Part shown: positions 61,601-64,000 of the stretch, in pieces
Layout: each line of letters begins with the position of its first letter
How positions within the stretch are numbered: position 1 is the first letter of the stretch
Assembly: GCA_964016885.1 (NCBI GenBank)
Contig: OZ024740.1
Location: 9,486,001 to 9,550,000 of the forward strand
DNA length: 64,000 nucleotides
Source: Eledone cirrhosa
Lineage: Eukaryota
Direction of reading: 5' to 3'
The notes under the pieces: generated by a model
What the model saw: the letters and a program-made list of their open reading frames with translations, nothing else
Told to the model about the DNA's origin: nothing
Databases searched by the model: none
Made by a program: the position numbers and the translations under genes

Positions 61601-64000
61601 TTCTATTGGTATATCAGTTTCTATTGGTATGTCAGTTTCTATTGGTATGTCAGTTTCTATTGGTATATCAGTTTCGATTGGTATATCAGTTTCGATTGGT
61701 GTGTCAGTTTTGATCGGTATGTCAGTTTCGATTGGTATATCAGTTTCGATTGTTATGTTTGTTTCTATTGGTATGTCAGTTTCTATTGGTTCATCAGTTT
61801 CAATTGGTGTATCAGTTTCGATTGGTATGTCAGTTTCAATTTGTATATTAGTTTCGATTGGTATGTCTGTTTTATTGGTATGTCAATTTCGATTGGTATA
61901 TCAGTTTAGGTTGGTATGTCAGTTTCGATTGGTATGTCAGTTTCGATTGGTATATCAGTTACTATTAATATGTCAGTTTCGATTGGGATGTCTGTTTCGA
62001 TTGGTATGTCAGTTTCTATTGGTATATCAGTTTCGATTAGTATGTTAGTTTCTATTGGTATGTCAGTTTCGATTAGTATATCAGTTTCTATTGGTAATGT
62101 TAGTTTCGACGGGTATGTTAGTCCTCGATTTGTATGTCAGTTTCCATTGGTATGTCAGTTTCTATTGGTATATCAGTTTCTATTGGTATGTCAGTTTCTA
62201 TTGGTATGTCAGTTTCGATTGGTATATCAGATTCGATTAGTATGTCAGTTTCTATTGGTATATCAGTTTCCATTGGTATATCAGTTTCGATTGGTATATC
62301 AGTTTCTATTGGTAAATCAATTTCTATTGGTATGTCAGTTTCTATTGGTATGTCAGTTTCTATTGGTATATCAGTTTCGATTGGTATATCAGTTTCGATT
62401 GGTATGTCAGTTTTGATCGGTATGTCAGTTTCTAATTGTATATCAATTTCAATTGTTATGTTAGTTTCTATTGGTATGTTAGTTTCTATTGGTATATCAG
62501 TTTCAATTGGTGTATCAGTTTCGATTGGTATATCAGTTTCGATTGGTATGTCAGTTTTGATCGGCATGTCAGTTTCGATTGGTATATAAGTTTCGATTGT
62601 TATGTTAGTTTCTATTGGTATGTCAGTTTCTATTGGTATATCAGTTTCGATTGGTATATCAGTTTCGATTGGTATGTCAGTTTTGATCGGTATGTCAGTT
62701 TCTATTTGTATATCAGTTTCGATTGTTATGTTAGTTTCTATTGGTATATCAATATCTATTGGTATGTCAGTTTCTATTGGTATGTCAGTTTCGATTGGTA
62801 TATCAGATTCGATTAGTATATCAGTTTCTATTGGTATATCAGTTTGCATTGGTATATCAGTTTCGATTGGTATATCAGTTTCTATTGGTATATCAGTTTC
62901 TATTGGTATGTCAGTTTCTATTGGTATGTCAGTTTCAATTGGTATATCAGATTCGATTAGTATGTCATTTTCTATTGGTATATCAGTTTCCATTGGTATA
63001 TCAGTTTTGATTGGTATATCAGGTTCTATTGGTATGTCAGTTTCTATTGGTATATCAGTTTCGATTGGTATATCATTTTCGATTGGTATGTCAGTTTTAT
63101 TGGTATGTCAATTTTGATTGGTATGTTACTCCTCGATTTGTATGTCAGTTTCTATTGGTATATTAGTATCGATTGGAACGTCAGTTTCAATTAGTATGTC
63201 AGTTTCAATTCGTATATCAGTTTCGATTGGTATGTCAGTTTTATTGGTATGTCAATTTCGATTGGTATATCAGTTTCGGTTGGTATATCAGTTTCAATTG
63301 GTATGTGTAGTTTCTATTGGTATACGAGTTTCGATTGGTATGTCAGTTTCGATTAGTATATCAGTTTCTATTGGTATGTCAGTTTCGATTGGTATGTTAG
63401 TCCTCGATTTGTATGTCAGTTTCTATTGGTATATCAGTTTCGATTGGTATGTCAGTTTCGACTGGTATGTCAGTTTCGATTTGTATGTCAGTTTCTGTTG
63501 GTATATCAGTTTCAATTGGTATGTCAGTTTTGATTAGCATATCAGTTTCTATTTGTATGTCTGTTTCTATTGGTATATCAGTTTCAATTGGTATATCAGT
63601 TTCGATTGTTATGTCAATTTCGATTGGTATGTCAGTTTCTATTGGTATATCAGTTTCCATTGGTATATCAGTTTAGATTGGTATGTCAGTTTCTATTGGT
63701 ATATCAGTTTTGATCGGTATGTCAGTTTCTATTTGTATATCAGTTTCGATTGTTATGTTAGTTTCTATTGGTATGTCAGTTTCTATTGGTATATCAGTTT
63801 CAATTGGTGTATCAGTTTCGATTGGTATATCAGTTTCGATTGGTATGTCAGTTTTGATCGGTATGTCTGTTTTGATCGGTATGTCAGTTTCGATTGGAAT
63901 ATCAGTTTCGATTGTTAGGTTAGTTTCTATTGGTATATCAGTTTCAATTGGTGTATCAGTTTCGATTGGTATGTCAGTTTCAATTTGTATATCAGTTTCG
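49677..64000. repeat. 18-bp tandem satellite, block 5 (runs off the window)
   Basis: Same monomer and orientation. Confidence 0.98.
55300..64000. repeat. 5606-bp higher-order tandem duplication, near-identical
   Basis: ~55300-58394 matches ~60906-64000 at constant offset 5606 (55428/61034, 56512/62118, 57947/63553). Confidence 0.92.

Noticed and set aside
27-63918. Hundreds of ORFs with MSVSIG, VYQFRL, YVSFDW or IETDIP repeats
   Set aside because: They are translations of an 18-bp unit that is stop-free in most frames. They overlap in several frames and are broken by 17/19-bp monomers.
1-64000. CRISPR array or prokaryotic RT system (retron, DGR, group II intron)
   Set aside because: There are no unique spacers and no cas or accessory genes. 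The RT is fused to an APE endonuclease and shows tails and 5' truncations typical of eukaryotic LINEs.

Overview
This is eukaryotic (metazoan) repeat DNA, not prokaryotic. About 86% of the window (~54.8 kb, roughly 3,000 monomers) is a single-orientation 18-bp tandem satellite, consensus TCAGTTTC[G/T]ATTGGTAT[G/A]. It carries 17/19-bp landmark variants and nested higher-order duplications of ~1.0, 1.9, 2.4, 2.9, 4.1 and 5.6 kb. The only non-satellite DNA is four young RTE-clade LINE insertions, all ending in (GAT)7-8 tails. Copy 1 is apparently full length with an intact APE endonuclease + RT ORF (12342-16740, +). Copies 2 and 3 are 5'-truncated sisters (32363-35175 and 39213-40369, +). Copy 4 is a truncated member of a diverged subfamily (48892-49682, -). 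Main points: (i) a C4HC3 PHD-type zinc finger sits inside the RT protein; (ii) all four tails join the satellite at the same AT dinucleotide of the 18-mer; (iii) empty paralogous sites in the window let two pre-insertion targets be read directly; (iv) the 3' UTR has tandem hairpin/pseudoknot modules with compensatory changes between subfamilies. Together these suggest, but do not prove, a PHD-bearing LINE colonising a (peri)centromeric or heterochromatic satellite. The hundreds of MSVSIG/IETDIP/VYQFRL ORFs are translation artefacts of the 18-mer.
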